A DNA stretch of 64,000 bases from Chlamydiales bacterium (lineage in GTDB: Bacteria; Chlamydiota; Chlamydiia; Chlamydiales; JAAZZY01), in contig CBDBKM010000010.1 in assembly GCA_965206695.1 (NCBI GenBank), positions 384,001 to 448,000 on the forward strand, read 5' to 3'. The notes beneath the pieces were generated by a model. The model had not been told where the DNA came from. It worked only from the letters and a program-made list of their open reading frames with translations, and ran no database searches. The stretch's first letter is position 1. Each line of letters opens with the position of its first letter. Made by a program: the position numbers and the translations under genes. This document shows, piece by piece, positions 1-10,441 of the stretch.

Positions 1-852
1 CCAGTCATAAGCCGGAAAGTTCCAATATTGTCCTTCAGGAGTAAAATTATCAGGTGGTGACCCAACGGAGCGGTCCATAAGAAAAAAATTGGGGTAATAC
101 CAAGCATCAGAGCTATTGCGACTGATTAAAAAAGGAAGATCTCCCATTAATTTGACTTGGTTGTCATTAGCATGTTTTTTGGTTTCAGAAAGTTGTACAT
201 AGCATGCATATTGAAGGAAATGATAAAAATAGGTTTCTTCAATATGTTTTTCCAAAAATTCGGACTCCTTTTCTGAATCCATATCTTTAAATTTATTCGG
301 CCATTCTTCCCAATTTGTCGTTTCGTTTATTTCACTAAAGATATTGAAAAGCGCATAGGGGATTAGCCAAGAATTATTTTTGATAAAAAGTTGAAAATCG
401 TTTTGTCTTTTTAGATTATCTGCAATCAATGAATAGTATTTTCTTAAGAATGCCAACTTATTTTTACGAATTTCAGTATAGGCTACACGAGCGGTTAAAG
501 GCTTATGTTGCATCGCTTGAAGAAATTTTGTGAGCTCAGGAAAATCAGATAAAAAGGGTAAGGCATGAAGGCTTAAAAAAATGGGGTGTAATGCAAAAAC
601 GGATAGTGGACTATAGGGACTACTATCTTCACCTGTATCATTTAAAGGTAATAGTTGAATGACATCCATGCCGATGGTTTTACACCAATTGATTAAAGGG
701 ATGAGATCAAGAAACTCACCGATTGAACAACTGTGTTTTGTATGAATAGAAGAAAGCATAATATCAATACCATGGTGAGAATGGATACCAATTGTTGACC
801 AATGCTTAGATGCTAACGTCTCTGCTATGTTCGCTATGGGTATTTCTTTCAT
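1..852 (-). CDS. malQ: 4-alpha-glucanotransferase (amylomaltase, GH77), 5' part; runs off the window start
   Basis: Manual translation from ATG at 852 (overlaps the scc1 stop as ATGA): MKEIPI...IGEFLDLIPLINWCKTIGMDVIQLLPLNDTGEDSSPYSPLS; follows scc1 as in other chlamydiae. Missing from the ORF track because it is truncated. Confidence 0.92.
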   Translation of the reverse strand, partial: MKEIPIANIAETLASKHWSTIGIHSHHGIDIMLSSIHTKHSCSIGEFLDLIPLINWCKTIGMDVIQLLPLNDTGEDSSPYSPLSVFALHPIFLSLHALPFLSDFPELTKFLQAMQHKPLTARVAYTEIRKNKLAFLRKYYSLIADNLKRQNDFQLFIKNNSWLIPYALFNIFSEINETTNWEEWPNKFKDMDSEKESEFLEKHIEETYFYHFLQYACYVQLSETKKHANDNQVKLMGDLPFLISRNSSDAWYYPNFFLMDRSVGSPPDNFTPEGQYWNFPAYDW

Positions 853-1313
853 GGTGTCAAACCAAACATTTTGCCTTCGCCGGCTTTTGGTTTTAAGAGC
901 CCGGGAGGGGCTGTCAAAGCATTTGCCAGCGCGTTTTTCCATTGACAGGCTTGATCAATTAGCGCGGTTAAGATATTTACAATAATTTCTGTTGTAAAGA
1001 ATTGAAGGTTTAACATTTCGAAAATAACGAGAGTATTTCTTTTTCTGCTAAAAGAAAGATTGCCAAAACGAGGATATAATCTGGAATTGGCTATTAAACC
1101 TTCTCTTAAAACATTCTCTCTAAATTTTCCCGGAGGTAGCCCTCCTAATTCTGAACCAATTAAAACACGTTCTTCATCAGCATCAAGCTCTATTTGAACA
1201 TTTAATCCGTTTTCTAAACTTAAGAGGCAGGAATTGTTTTCATCAGGTATAAGTTTCATTGAGAGCTGAACGCTCATTTCATCTAAAAGGTCGGTAAATT
1301 TATCTAATCCCAT
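849..1313 (-). CDS. scc1: Type III secretion chaperone (SycE/CesT family, Scc1)
   Basis: 154-aa acidic CesT-like protein between copN and malQ, conserved chlamydial synteny. Confidence 0.85.
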   Translation of the reverse strand: MGLDKFTDLLDEMSVQLSMKLIPDENNSCLLSLENGLNVQIELDADEERVLIGSELGGLPPGKFRENVLREGLIANSRLYPRFGNLSFSRKRNTLVIFEMLNLQFFTTEIIVNILTALIDQACQWKNALANALTAPPGLLKPKAGEGKMFGLTP

Positions 1314-1333
1314 GATATTAACAAGCCTTTATT

Positions 1334-2533
1334 TTAATTATCAAAGTCATCATCTTCCTCTTCTTCTTCATATTCACTTTCTTCCTCTTCCAAAAGATCT
1401 TCAAGTTCTTCTAATGCTTCTATATGAGCACTTAAAATATCATTTCGATGGTTTAAAGAACGGTAGAGTTTAGGTGCTACTTGTCGTACAGCATCTCTAA
1501 ATTGAGAAAAAACGATAATTTGAGCTATGATTTCTTCTTCTATACCTAATTGACGTGCCAATTTAATGATTTTTACAGAGGAAGGGTAGCGATCTTCAAC
1601 AAGTTGCATAAATAATTGAGCAATTAGTTCATAAGTTAATTGCTTGGGGAAGCGAATGCGGTTTTTATCAAAAGAGCGAAAAATAATATTCATTCGAGAG
1701 CGAAAAAATCTATAAATATTTAGGATAGCTTGCAAGCTTCTCGATTCTGTTAAAAGGCGAAAAAGTTCTCCACGAGGAATTGAAGGGCCTTTTGCTTTTA
1801 GATCACCGCCTAAAGAATGTAGAAGAAAGTTAATGATTGTTTCCATATCATCAAATTGAAATTTTGATGAAAGTTCTTGAAAAAGTTTATTAGGCGATCT
1901 TGGATTTCCGGTAATATCACGATACAAATCTCTCAAAGCTGTAGGAGACCCCATTCCTTTTTCAGCAAATTCTCTTGCTTGAGTTGCCATGTTTTTCCCT
2001 GCACGAATTTCTCTTGAAAAATTATTGTTAAAGTCCGTACGAGCTTTTTTTACGAGTTGAGTTAATACATCTCCTTCAGTGGACTTTTCAAGGAATTCTA
2101 AAGCATCGTCAGCTAAAGAATAGTCGGGAAAGGACTCTAAAGTTTTTTTTAAGATATCTTCGGAAGAATCCGTTTCAATCAGGCGTTGTTTTAAAAGTAG
2201 AAGGGATTTAGCAAGCAATTCGGGATTCTTTTCTTCAGTCTCTGATGCGATGTCTTCGATTGCTTCGATTTTTTTTATAGAAGAAATCTTTTCGTCTTCA
2301 CCTTTTTGGGCTTTTTTAATAGCGCCTGTTCGCTCTTCGAGTGTTTTTGCTTTGTCTCGTAATTTTTTGGCAATCATAGCAGCAATATATTGATTGCCTT
2401 CTTGGCATTGGTCCATAAAAGCTTCTTGAGAAGAGACCTGTCTGGCTAATTGACGGATCTGCTTTTCTAAAGCCATTTGCCTTTTCAGTGATGCTGATGT
2501 TGTATCACCACTACCAAGAATATCTTCAGCCAT
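1334..2533 (-). CDS. copN: Type III secretion gatekeeper SctW/CopN
   Basis: 399 aa, FPDYSLADDALEFL and SPTALRDLY motifs, position downstream of cdsV. Confidence 0.88.
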   Translation of the reverse strand: MAEDILGSGDTTSASLKRQMALEKQIRQLARQVSSQEAFMDQCQEGNQYIAAMIAKKLRDKAKTLEERTGAIKKAQKGEDEKISSIKKIEAIEDIASETEEKNPELLAKSLLLLKQRLIETDSSEDILKKTLESFPDYSLADDALEFLEKSTEGDVLTQLVKKARTDFNNNFSREIRAGKNMATQAREFAEKGMGSPTALRDLYRDITGNPRSPNKLFQELSSKFQFDDMETIINFLLHSLGGDLKAKGPSIPRGELFRLLTESRSLQAILNIYRFFRSRMNIIFRSFDKNRIRFPKQLTYELIAQLFMQLVEDRYPSSVKIIKLARQLGIEEEIIAQIIVFSQFRDAVRQVAPKLYRSLNHRNDILSAHIEALEELEDLLEEEESEYEEEEEDDDFDN

Positions 2534-2560
2534 TAAGTTATCCTGTTTAATTCATCTAAA

Positions 2561-4699
2561 TTAAGTAATTTGAATACGTCCAAGAGGTTGTATGCGTATT
2601 TCCGGAACAATTTCCTGATATGAGACGAGAGAGACATCAGGGAACTCCATTTCAATAAGTTTTCTAACAAAACGACGAACGTCGATCGCTGTTAAAAGAA
2701 CAGGAGGTTGACCTCCCGGTGGCGTTGGAACAATCGTATTACGCATAGACTGTATGATAAGTTGTACCGAATCAGGATCAAGAGCAATATAGGAACCCGC
2801 AGAAGTTTGTTTAATAGCTCCTCTAACCATATCTTCAATTTCAGGATCAAGAAGGTAAACTGATAATACGGATTGTCCTCGAGAATATTTATAACTGATG
2901 TATCTTTTTAACGAAGCTCTTACATATTCAGTCAGAAGAACGGTATCTTTTTCAGTTTGCGCCCATTCACTTAAAGATTCCATAATAGTGCGCAAATCTT
3001 TTATAGAAACTTGTTCTTGAACTAAGCGTTTAAATATATCGGTGAGTTTTTGTAAAGGTATCAACCTGGTAACTTCTCGAATAAGATCGGGATAGCTCTT
3101 TTCAATAAATTCTAACATGGATCGAATTTCTTGAATGCCTATAAATTCACTGGCATATTGTCTAAAGAAATGGGAAATATGCAAAATCACAACTTCTAGG
3201 GGAGGCCAGAATCTTATAGAAGCTTTTTCTAAAATATTTTGATATTTCTTATCGACCCAAAAGCTAGGCATATTGAGACTATTTTTATAAGTAGTAAAGG
3301 GGACGTTATAACGTTGAAGATTTTCCTCTGTTTCATTGGTTAAAATAAAATCTTTAACTATTCGTCCTCGTACGATGGGGACTTCATTTAATAGAATGGC
3401 ATATTCCTCATCTTCTAAATTAGGAGCGTTAGAGCGCACGTGAACGCCGGGGTATCTAATGCCTAAATCCTGATAAAGAGCTCGTCGCATGCGAGGGATC
3501 ATATTTTCAACAAAAGAGACATGGCTTTTACGGTCTTTTTGAATTTCATGAGAAAGAGCCTTACCTAATTCCAAAATAACAGGTAAAGTTAAAGCATAAT
3601 TTTCCTGAGCTCCGGGAACGGTTGCATGCCCTTCAACCCCGGATTCTATTGTTCCGGGTCCTCCTTTCATACCGGCGGCAGGGGCCTCTTTACGTTTTTT
3701 AGCATGCCAAAGACTATACCCTATTATTGCGACAATAGCGGCTAAGATAGCAAATGGTAAAAAAGGAAAGGCAGGGATAGATCCGATACCTAATATGACT
3801 GTTGCGGTAATCATTAAAGCTTTTGGTTGTCTCAAAATTTGTTGAGATATCTCCTTACCTAAATTGGTATCCTTGGTGTCACTTGTTACCCTGGTTGTGA
3901 CAATACCCGCAGTGATAGCAATTAAAATAGCAGGAACTTGCGATACTAAACCGTCACCAATGGATAAAAGTGAATAGACCTTAGCTGATTGACCCGCTGT
4001 CATTCCATGTTGAGCGACACCAATGATCAAACCACCAATAATATTGATTAATGTGATAACAATCCCGGCAATAGCGTCCCCTTTTACGAATTTCATGGCA
4101 CCGTCCATAGAACCATATAATTCACTTTCTTTTGTTAAAGCCAGACGTTTATCTCTTGCTTGATTAGCATCGATAATGCCTGCTCGCATATCGGCATCGA
4201 TACTCATTTGTTTACCCGGCATAGCATCTAAACGAAATCGGGCTGCTACCTCTGCAACTCTCTCAGCACCTTTAGTCACAACAATGAATTGAACTAATGT
4301 AATGATCAAGAAGACAACGCCACCAACAATATAATTGCCTCCTACTACGAACTCACCAAAAGCTTGAATGACATGTCCTGCATAAGCATGCAAAAGAATC
4401 TGCCTGGTCGAGGCAATATTAATACCCAAGCGATACAGAGTAGTGATAAGAAGTATGGATGGAAACATCGATAGTTCAATAGCATTTGGGATATAAAGAG
4501 AAACCATCATTAAAGTGACGGCAATTGTTAGGTTAATGGCAATAAGTAAATCAATAATAGGAGGTGGTACCGGCAGGATAATCATTACGATAATGCTGAT
4601 AATGACAATTGCCATGACTATATCGGCATGCTTCGTTATCGCATTCGATGATCTTTCGCTTCTTAAATAGGTGTTGAGCGATGTAAGTTTAGCTTTCAT
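2561..4699 (-). CDS. sctV: Type III secretion export gate SctV/CdsV (FHIPEP family)
   Basis: GAERVAEVAARFRLDAMPGKQMSIDAD and GSMDGAMKFVKGDAIA signatures. Confidence 0.97.
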   Translation of the reverse strand: MKAKLTSLNTYLRSERSSNAITKHADIVMAIVIISIIVMIILPVPPPIIDLLIAINLTIAVTLMMVSLYIPNAIELSMFPSILLITTLYRLGINIASTRQILLHAYAGHVIQAFGEFVVGGNYIVGGVVFLIITLVQFIVVTKGAERVAEVAARFRLDAMPGKQMSIDADMRAGIIDANQARDKRLALTKESELYGSMDGAMKFVKGDAIAGIVITLINIIGGLIIGVAQHGMTAGQSAKVYSLLSIGDGLVSQVPAILIAITAGIVTTRVTSDTKDTNLGKEISQQILRQPKALMITATVILGIGSIPAFPFLPFAILAAIVAIIGYSLWHAKKRKEAPAAGMKGGPGTIESGVEGHATVPGAQENYALTLPVILELGKALSHEIQKDRKSHVSFVENMIPRMRRALYQDLGIRYPGVHVRSNAPNLEDEEYAILLNEVPIVRGRIVKDFILTNETEENLQRYNVPFTTYKNSLNMPSFWVDKKYQNILEKASIRFWPPLEVVILHISHFFRQYASEFIGIQEIRSMLEFIEKSYPDLIREVTRLIPLQKLTDIFKRLVQEQVSIKDLRTIMESLSEWAQTEKDTVLLTEYVRASLKRYISYKYSRGQSVLSVYLLDPEIEDMVRGAIKQTSAGSYIALDPDSVQLIIQSMRNTIVPTPPGGQPPVLLTAIDVRRFVRKLIEMEFPDVSLVSYQEIVPEIRIQPLGRIQIT

Positions 4700-4717
4700 A
4701 ATATTAGTATCATTCCT

Positions 4718-5773
4718 TTAATCCTCTTCAGCTTCCAAAGAGGCCAACCATTTTAAAATTTCTGCGATAGCTTCAAAAGTTTCTTCGGGAATGTATTGGT
4801 TAACTACCCCTGTTTCATATAATTCATGCGCTAAAGGCACATTTCTGACAATAGGAATACGCCACTTTTCAGCTTCTTTTATAATTTTTTCAGCAATTAT
4901 GCCACTTCCTTTTACTAAAACAACGGGTGCGGCGTGAGCTTCTTCATTATATTCAAGGGCAATAGCAAGATGAGTCGGGTTAGTAACAACAGCTTTTGCT
5001 TTTTTTGTGGAGCTAACACTCCCTTCTTGATAAGCTATTTCGTGAGCAAATTGTTTGCGTTTTCCTTTAATATGTGGATCACCTTCAGTATCTTTATATT
5101 CTTGTTTTACTTCAAATTTCTCCATTTTCATTTCTTTGGCAAAATTGCTTTTTTGATAAAAGACATCAAAAAGTGCAATAGCAATAAAAAAAATACCTAC
5201 TCGGATGATGACCTTTATTAAAAAATGATCAAAGATTAGAGCGGCCCCATACGCCGGCATGGAAGCCGTAAACACAATATTCCATAAGTCATGATAGATA
5301 GTAAAATAAATAATAACAATTGCGCCGGTAATTTTTAAAACAGATTTAATTAATTCTATAAGCGTTTTTAATTTAAATTTATTTTTTAAGTTAGTAATAG
5401 GATTTAATCGCTTAAGATCAATCTTCATCGCCTCCATAGAAAAAAGAGGCCCTACAACAAAAAAATTAGCCATGACACCTACAAAAACAACGATTACCAA
5501 TAATGGAAGAGTGGTATTCAAAATGAGGGACACCGCTCGTGATACTGTTTGAACGAGCAGAGGGGATAAATCTCCCCCTTCTCTAAAAACGTGAAAAGAA
5601 TCTAACAGGAAAGATCCTATATTTTCATAAATTTTATGGGCGAGTAAAAGGGCTCCCCAAATAGCTACCATAAAAGTAAATGCTGAAGGAAAGTCCTGTG
5701 ATTTAGCTACTTGACCCTTTTTACGAGCATCTCTTAATTTCTTCGGGGTTGCTTTTTCCGACTTTTCAGCCAT
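4718..5773 (-). CDS. sctU: Type III secretion switch protein SctU/CdsU
   Basis: EKATPKKLRDARKKGQV start and NPTH autocleavage motif. Confidence 0.96.
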   Translation of the reverse strand: MAEKSEKATPKKLRDARKKGQVAKSQDFPSAFTFMVAIWGALLLAHKIYENIGSFLLDSFHVFREGGDLSPLLVQTVSRAVSLILNTTLPLLVIVVFVGVMANFFVVGPLFSMEAMKIDLKRLNPITNLKNKFKLKTLIELIKSVLKITGAIVIIYFTIYHDLWNIVFTASMPAYGAALIFDHFLIKVIIRVGIFFIAIALFDVFYQKSNFAKEMKMEKFEVKQEYKDTEGDPHIKGKRKQFAHEIAYQEGSVSSTKKAKAVVTNPTHLAIALEYNEEAHAAPVVLVKGSGIIAEKIIKEAEKWRIPIVRNVPLAHELYETGVVNQYIPEETFEAIAEILKWLASLEAEED

Positions 5774-5933
5774 GGTATCTCATTTTCTTTAAAGTACTAA
5801 CTTTCAATCTAATTGAAACAATTTTCTTCAGTCAAGGAAAACTTTAACGATCTGATCTCTTGAAGTAAACGATTTTTCTGTTAAAATGCTTAACTTCTTA
5901 TGGAGCATTTAAAATTTAATTTAAGTAGAATCA

Positions 5934-7028
5934 ATGAGTAATTTATCATGTGGCATTGTTGGTTTACCTAATGTAGGTAAATCAACCCTTTTTAATGCTT
6001 TAACCTCTAATGAGGCGGCGTGTTCTAATTACCCTTTTTGTACGATCGATCCTAACGTAGGTATTGTGAATGTACCTGATCCACGACTTGCTATCTTGTC
6101 TCAATTATCCGAGTCTCAAACTATTATTCCTGCGGCTATGAATTTTATTGATATAGCCGGTATTGTAAAAGGAGCAGCAAAAGGGGAAGGTTTAGGCAAT
6201 AAATTCTTATCTAATATTAGAGAGACGGATGCGATTGTTCATGTCGTTCGTTGTTTTGATGATGATAATGTGATTCATGTAGCCGGTCGTGTTAATCCGA
6301 TTGAAGATATTGAAGTTATTAATCTCGAACTCATTCTAGCCGATATGCAAATGGTTGAAAATATTTTGCCGAAGCTTCAAAAACAGCTTAGAGGAGATAA
6401 AGAACAAGCTTTTGTTATAGAAGTCTTAACTAAAGTAAAAGCTCATTTAGATGAGAATAAGCCTTTGAGGTTTATGCAACTTTTAGATGAGGAAAGAGAA
6501 GCTTTAAATCCTTATGCTTTTTTAACAGCAAAGAAAGTGTTGTATGTGGCGAACGTTTCTGAAAATGACTTGCCGGAGATGCGAAATGACTATGTTAAAC
6601 AAGTTGAAGCATTTGCCGAAACTGAAGGAAGTGCTGTTGTGCCTATATGTGCCAATCTGGAAGCGGAGATATCTCAATTGGATGTTGCGGATAGACAGGA
6701 GATGCTTGAGAGTCTTGATTTAAAAGAACCCGGACTAAATCGACTTATTAGAGCCTCTTTTTTTATGCTTGGCTTGATTACTTTCTTAACAACAGGTGAA
6801 AAAGAGACAAGAGCTTGGACTATTGTAAACGGATCTTTAGCTCCCGAAGCTGCAGGAAAAATTCATACCGATATTCAGAAGGGTTTTATACGAGCGGAAG
6901 TAATCAAATTCGAAAATATGCTCCGGTTTAAAGGTCGGAATGGAGCTAAAGAAGCCGGAAAATTATCTATAGAAGGAAAAGACTACGTCGTTTTAGATGG
7001 TGATGTCATTGTCTTTTTGCATAATTGA
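5934..7028 (+). CDS. ychF: Redox-regulated ATPase YchF
   Basis: [25 protein letters not shown], and TGS-domain [11 protein letters not shown]. Confidence 0.97.
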   Translation: MSNLSCGIVGLPNVGKSTLFNALTSNEAACSNYPFCTIDPNVGIVNVPDPRLAILSQLSESQTIIPAAMNFIDIAGIVKGAAKGEGLGNKFLSNIRETDAIVHVVRCFDDDNVIHVAGRVNPIEDIEVINLELILADMQMVENILPKLQKQLRGDKEQAFVIEVLTKVKAHLDENKPLRFMQLLDEEREALNPYAFLTAKKVLYVANVSENDLPEMRNDYVKQVEAFAETEGSAVVPICANLEAEISQLDVADRQEMLESLDLKEPGLNRLIRASFFMLGLITFLTTGEKETRAWTIVNGSLAPEAAGKIHTDIQKGFIRAEVIKFENMLRFKGRNGAKEAGKLSIEGKDYVVLDGDVIVFLHN

Positions 7029-7049
7029 TTCACTTAATTTCTGAAGCTA

Positions 7050-7505
7050 CATAAATGAACGTAATCGTTTGTACGTGCTTCTTACACGAGATGACGGTCC
7101 GGGCCTGATCACATTGCTCATGTTCTGCGCTTAAGCCGCTCGAGTTTTTATGAGTATTTGATGGAATTTCAATCAGAAGAAAAAACTCAGTATGATACCA
7201 AGGGAGGATCAGCCGGTAAATGATCCAAACAAAAGAAACAAGTGAAACATCTTTTTTTAATATACTTAATAGAAGGGTTAAGGATGTATGTGCGTCTGTC
7301 TTAGAACAATATAAAATTCCCTACAGCACAGGAGGGATGATATCTTGGCTAAAGCATCATCATTTTGTTTTCAAAAGTCCTGTTAATGTCCCCGGGAGGC
7401 TTGACTTAGAGAAGCATTCACAGACTTCAAAAATAGATGTTATTTTAGATAACGGAAGAGCCAATAAAACCAAACGGATTCAAGAATATTTAAAGACTTC
7501 ACGTA
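7050..7505 (+). pseudogene. Degraded IS630-family transposase remnant
   Basis: Fragments NERNRL..., YSTGGMISWLKHHHFVFKSP, VILDNGRAN; homologous DNA recurs at 39806-40030; cut by the IS630 at 7508. Confidence 0.7.
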
Positions 7506-7507
7506 TA

Positions 7508-8601
7508 TACTCATCACGAATAAACCTCCGGATATTTTGTATTCGTATAGTGTAAATTATTTTGTATGAATTCATTTTTAACACTATCAGAAGAAAAGCA
7601 TCTCAGACAGCAACATAAACGAGAAAAGAATGGTCGTATACGAGATCGTATCAAGGCTGTTCTATTGTCGAATAAAGGTTGGAGTAATACTCGTATTGCT
7701 GAAGCTGTGCTTTTAGACGATGAAACAGTGTCTCGTCACATTAAAGAATATCAAAATAAACAGCAATTGCATGTAGAAAGCGGTGGTTCAGTCAGTAAAC
7801 TTCTTGCGCCACAGTCAGAAGAATTCATTAAACATTTAACAACTCATACCTATGTCAAAGTAGAAGAGATCTGTTCTTATGTTCTCGCGAAATATGGCAT
7901 TGTTTATACGATTTCAGGGATGACTTCTTGGCTACACTCACATGGTTTTTCCTATAAAAAGCCTAAAGGTACACCGGCTAAGGCAAATTCTGATCAACAA
8001 AAAGCTTGGATGCAATTTTACGCCAAGCTTATGGCATCTCTGCCTAAAAATGAGCCTGTTGAATTTGCTGATGGTGTACATCCAACTATGGCAACTAAAA
8101 TTTCTTATGGTTGGATTCGACCGGGAACAGATAAATTGATTGCAACAACAGCTTCTCGTACTCGAATGAATCTTATGGGGTCTATCAATTTAAACAGTAT
8201 GAAGGTAACAATAGATGCTTATGAAACATTAAATAGCGGTACCACGGCAAAGCATTTTGCTTTGCTACGGTCAAAATACCCCTCAGCTCCAAATATCCAT
8301 CTTATTTTAGATCAAGGCCCTTATAATACAAGTATTCAGACCAAACAAGAAGCAGAAAAACAAGGTATTATTCTCTATTATTTACCTTCTTACAGTCCTA
8401 ACCTCAATCCCATTGAACGATTATGGAAAGTGATGAATGAATATTGTCGCAATAATCGGTTTTTTAATTCTGCTAAAGAATTTCGGAGATCGATTACCGG
8501 ATTTTTTGAAAATACTTGGCCTTCTATTGCTCAATCAATGAGGAAACGAATCAATGATCATTTTCAAGTCTTAGAATCGGCACTTTGATTCATAAGGGGT
8601 A
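7508..8601 (+). mobile_element. IS630-family element type A, 1094 bp, flanked by TA
   Basis: Imperfect terminal IRs TACTCATCACGAATAAA / TTGATTCATAAGGGGTA; near-identical inverted copy at 28087-29180. Confidence 0.92.
7566..8588 (+). CDS. IS630 transposase, intact
   Basis: DDE motifs FADGVH, LILDQG, YSPNLNPIERLW. Confidence 0.93.
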   Translation: MNSFLTLSEEKHLRQQHKREKNGRIRDRIKAVLLSNKGWSNTRIAEAVLLDDETVSRHIKEYQNKQQLHVESGGSVSKLLAPQSEEFIKHLTTHTYVKVEEICSYVLAKYGIVYTISGMTSWLHSHGFSYKKPKGTPAKANSDQQKAWMQFYAKLMASLPKNEPVEFADGVHPTMATKISYGWIRPGTDKLIATTASRTRMNLMGSINLNSMKVTIDAYETLNSGTTAKHFALLRSKYPSAPNIHLILDQGPYNTSIQTKQEAEKQGIILYYLPSYSPNLNPIERLWKVMNEYCRNNRFFNSAKEFRRSITGFFENTWPSIAQSMRKRINDHFQVLESAL

Positions 8602-8609
8602 TAGAAGAA

Positions 8610-9199
8610 AAGTTATCGAGGGAGGTATTGATAAAAGACTCAGTTAAATAAGACAGCCAATCAACTATCTATGGAGATTAAAGAACTTGATATTATGCCT
8701 AACCATGCATTTATCAAAACTCAACCCATTCAATCTCCACAGCTTGCAATTGGTCAACTTAAAGGATACAGTAGTAAGCATTCTCAAGTTTAAAATCTCG
8801 ATTGCCTACATTATGGACAAGATCGCATTATGTTGATAGTGCGGAAAAACTAAATGCATATACCCTTGAAGACTGCACGGATGTAGTCGACCCCCCAAAC
8901 TCGATTGCGACGCCGGAGAGTTTGAGAGGCATTTAATTTTAGTTAGGCTATGCGATCTTTTCCTCTATTAAAATAGCCTCGTACGTTATAGTTTGGTTGA
9001 TTTTTAATCTGATCCGCTGCGTGAGTGGTAGAGTGCCTGTGGAGTTGTAAATAATTCCTGAGCGTCGCCCGGAATAGGTTAGCAAAGACGGAGCAGCGAA
9101 AAAGCAGGAAAAGAGCGGTGAGTCAAACACGATGTTTGGCGAGATCATAAGCCTCCAACACGAAAAGAAAGTATATCCGAAATCAAAAAAACAAATAAA
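8610..9199 (+). pseudogene. tnpA: IS200/IS605 TnpA (Y1 transposase) remnant interrupted by a ~300-bp non-coding element
   Basis: Reads IMPNH...IGQLKGYSS...LWTRSHYVDSAEKLNAYTLE[insert]KYIRNQKNK*. Confidence 0.75.
8867..9166 (+). repeat. ~300-bp GC-richer non-coding dispersed element, copy 1
   Basis: Closely similar inverted copy at 18808-19106; sits inside tnpA. Confidence 0.85.
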
Positions 9200-9200
9200 T

Positions 9201-9246
9201 GCTTTCATCCCAATGCTAAAGTAAAATGTTTTCTCGCTTAATGGTC
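9201..9246 (-). mobile_element. IS200/IS605 left end (subterminal hairpin), preceded by TTAT
   Basis: Minus strand TTAT|GACCATTAAGCGAGAAAA...GGGATGAAAGC; same end at 19224, 40563 and 46163. Confidence 0.7.
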
Positions 9247-9346
9247 ATAAAGCGCGAAATAATTATACTTTTTTTAAGCGCTTATATCCGGAGCCGGTTG
9301 ATTTTACTTGTTTTCTTTTAACCCATCTTTCCTTTTAATCATTCAC

Positions 9347-10231
9347 ATGAATAATCAAGTGTCATGGTCTTTAAAAACAAAAATTTCTTTATCTTTAACG
9401 GTTTTTTTATGGGCCTCCGCATTTGTAGGTATTCGGTTAGGACTAACGGGGTATAGCCCCGGTTCTTTGGCTCTTTTTCGTTATATTATAGCTTCTATTT
9501 GTATGGTTTTTTTCTATTTTAGGGTACCCAAACGCCAAAAAATTACCTTAAATCACTTATTAAGTCTTTTATTTCTGGGCGTCATAGGAATAGGGATCTA
9601 TAACGTAGCATTAAATTACGCGGAAGTGACAATCTCGGCAGCTATTGCCAGCTTTATCGTTTCTCAAATGCCTGTTTTTACCGCTATATTTGCTGTTTTA
9701 TTTTTAGGGGAGAAGCTGGATTTAAGAAGTTGCCTTGGGATTCTGGTTAGTTTTCTTGGTGTAGTATTAATCGCTTTTGGAAGTAGTAAGACTCTTACCA
9801 TTAACATTGGTATTTTCTATGCTTTAATAGCAGCTTTGATGGGAAGTACTTATACGGTTTTACAAAAACCTCTTTTAGGTAAGTTCCATCCTTTTGAGCT
9901 CTCTAGTTTTGCTATCTGGGGAGGTACTCTAGTAATGACTGTTTTTTTTCCTCAACTTATTGAAGAAATACCACAAGCTTCACTTACTTCTACTCTATCT
10001 GTTGTTTACTTAGGCATTTTCCCTGCAGCTATTGCTTATGCTGCCTGGAGTGTTGTGTTATCGAAAACTCCGGCTTCCGGAGCTGCTGTTTGTCTCTATT
10101 CCATGCCTATTATTGCTACAATTTTAGGCTGGATTGTCTTAGGTGAAATCCCATACTTTTTAGCTTTAATAGGTGGTTTATTAGCTCTTATAGGAGCTTT
10201 AATTGTTAGTTTAAGAAAGAATAGACTATAG
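9347..10231 (+). CDS. DMT/EamA family transporter
   Basis: About ten hydrophobic segments, LWASAFVGIR and FLGEKL motifs; ATG at 9347 preferred over the ORF-track TTG at 9308. Confidence 0.9.
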   Translation: MNNQVSWSLKTKISLSLTVFLWASAFVGIRLGLTGYSPGSLALFRYIIASICMVFFYFRVPKRQKITLNHLLSLLFLGVIGIGIYNVALNYAEVTISAAIASFIVSQMPVFTAIFAVLFLGEKLDLRSCLGILVSFLGVVLIAFGSSKTLTINIGIFYALIAALMGSTYTVLQKPLLGKFHPFELSSFAIWGGTLVMTVFFPQLIEEIPQASLTSTLSVVYLGIFPAAIAYAAWSVVLSKTPASGAAVCLYSMPIIATILGWIVLGEIPYFLALIGGLLALIGALIVSLRKNRL

Positions 10232-10441
10232 TTAAATAGCATTCCATCTTCTTATAGAACAAACTCAACAAAGATTATTTATTATGATATAAGGAATTCA
10301 CCCATGTCTATTAAGTCTGCTATCTTTTTTTATACATAAAAAAATACTAAAACCGGAAAGGTTTTTGAATGAAATAAGTCAGGTGATTGATTGGAAGGCA
10401 TTTGAGAGTCTCATTCAACCTTTAATATCGGATAATATCGC

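Noticed and set aside
849..5773. T3SS cluster as a novel system
   Set aside because: Gene content and order match the standard chlamydial cdsU-cdsV-copN-scc1-malQ locus.
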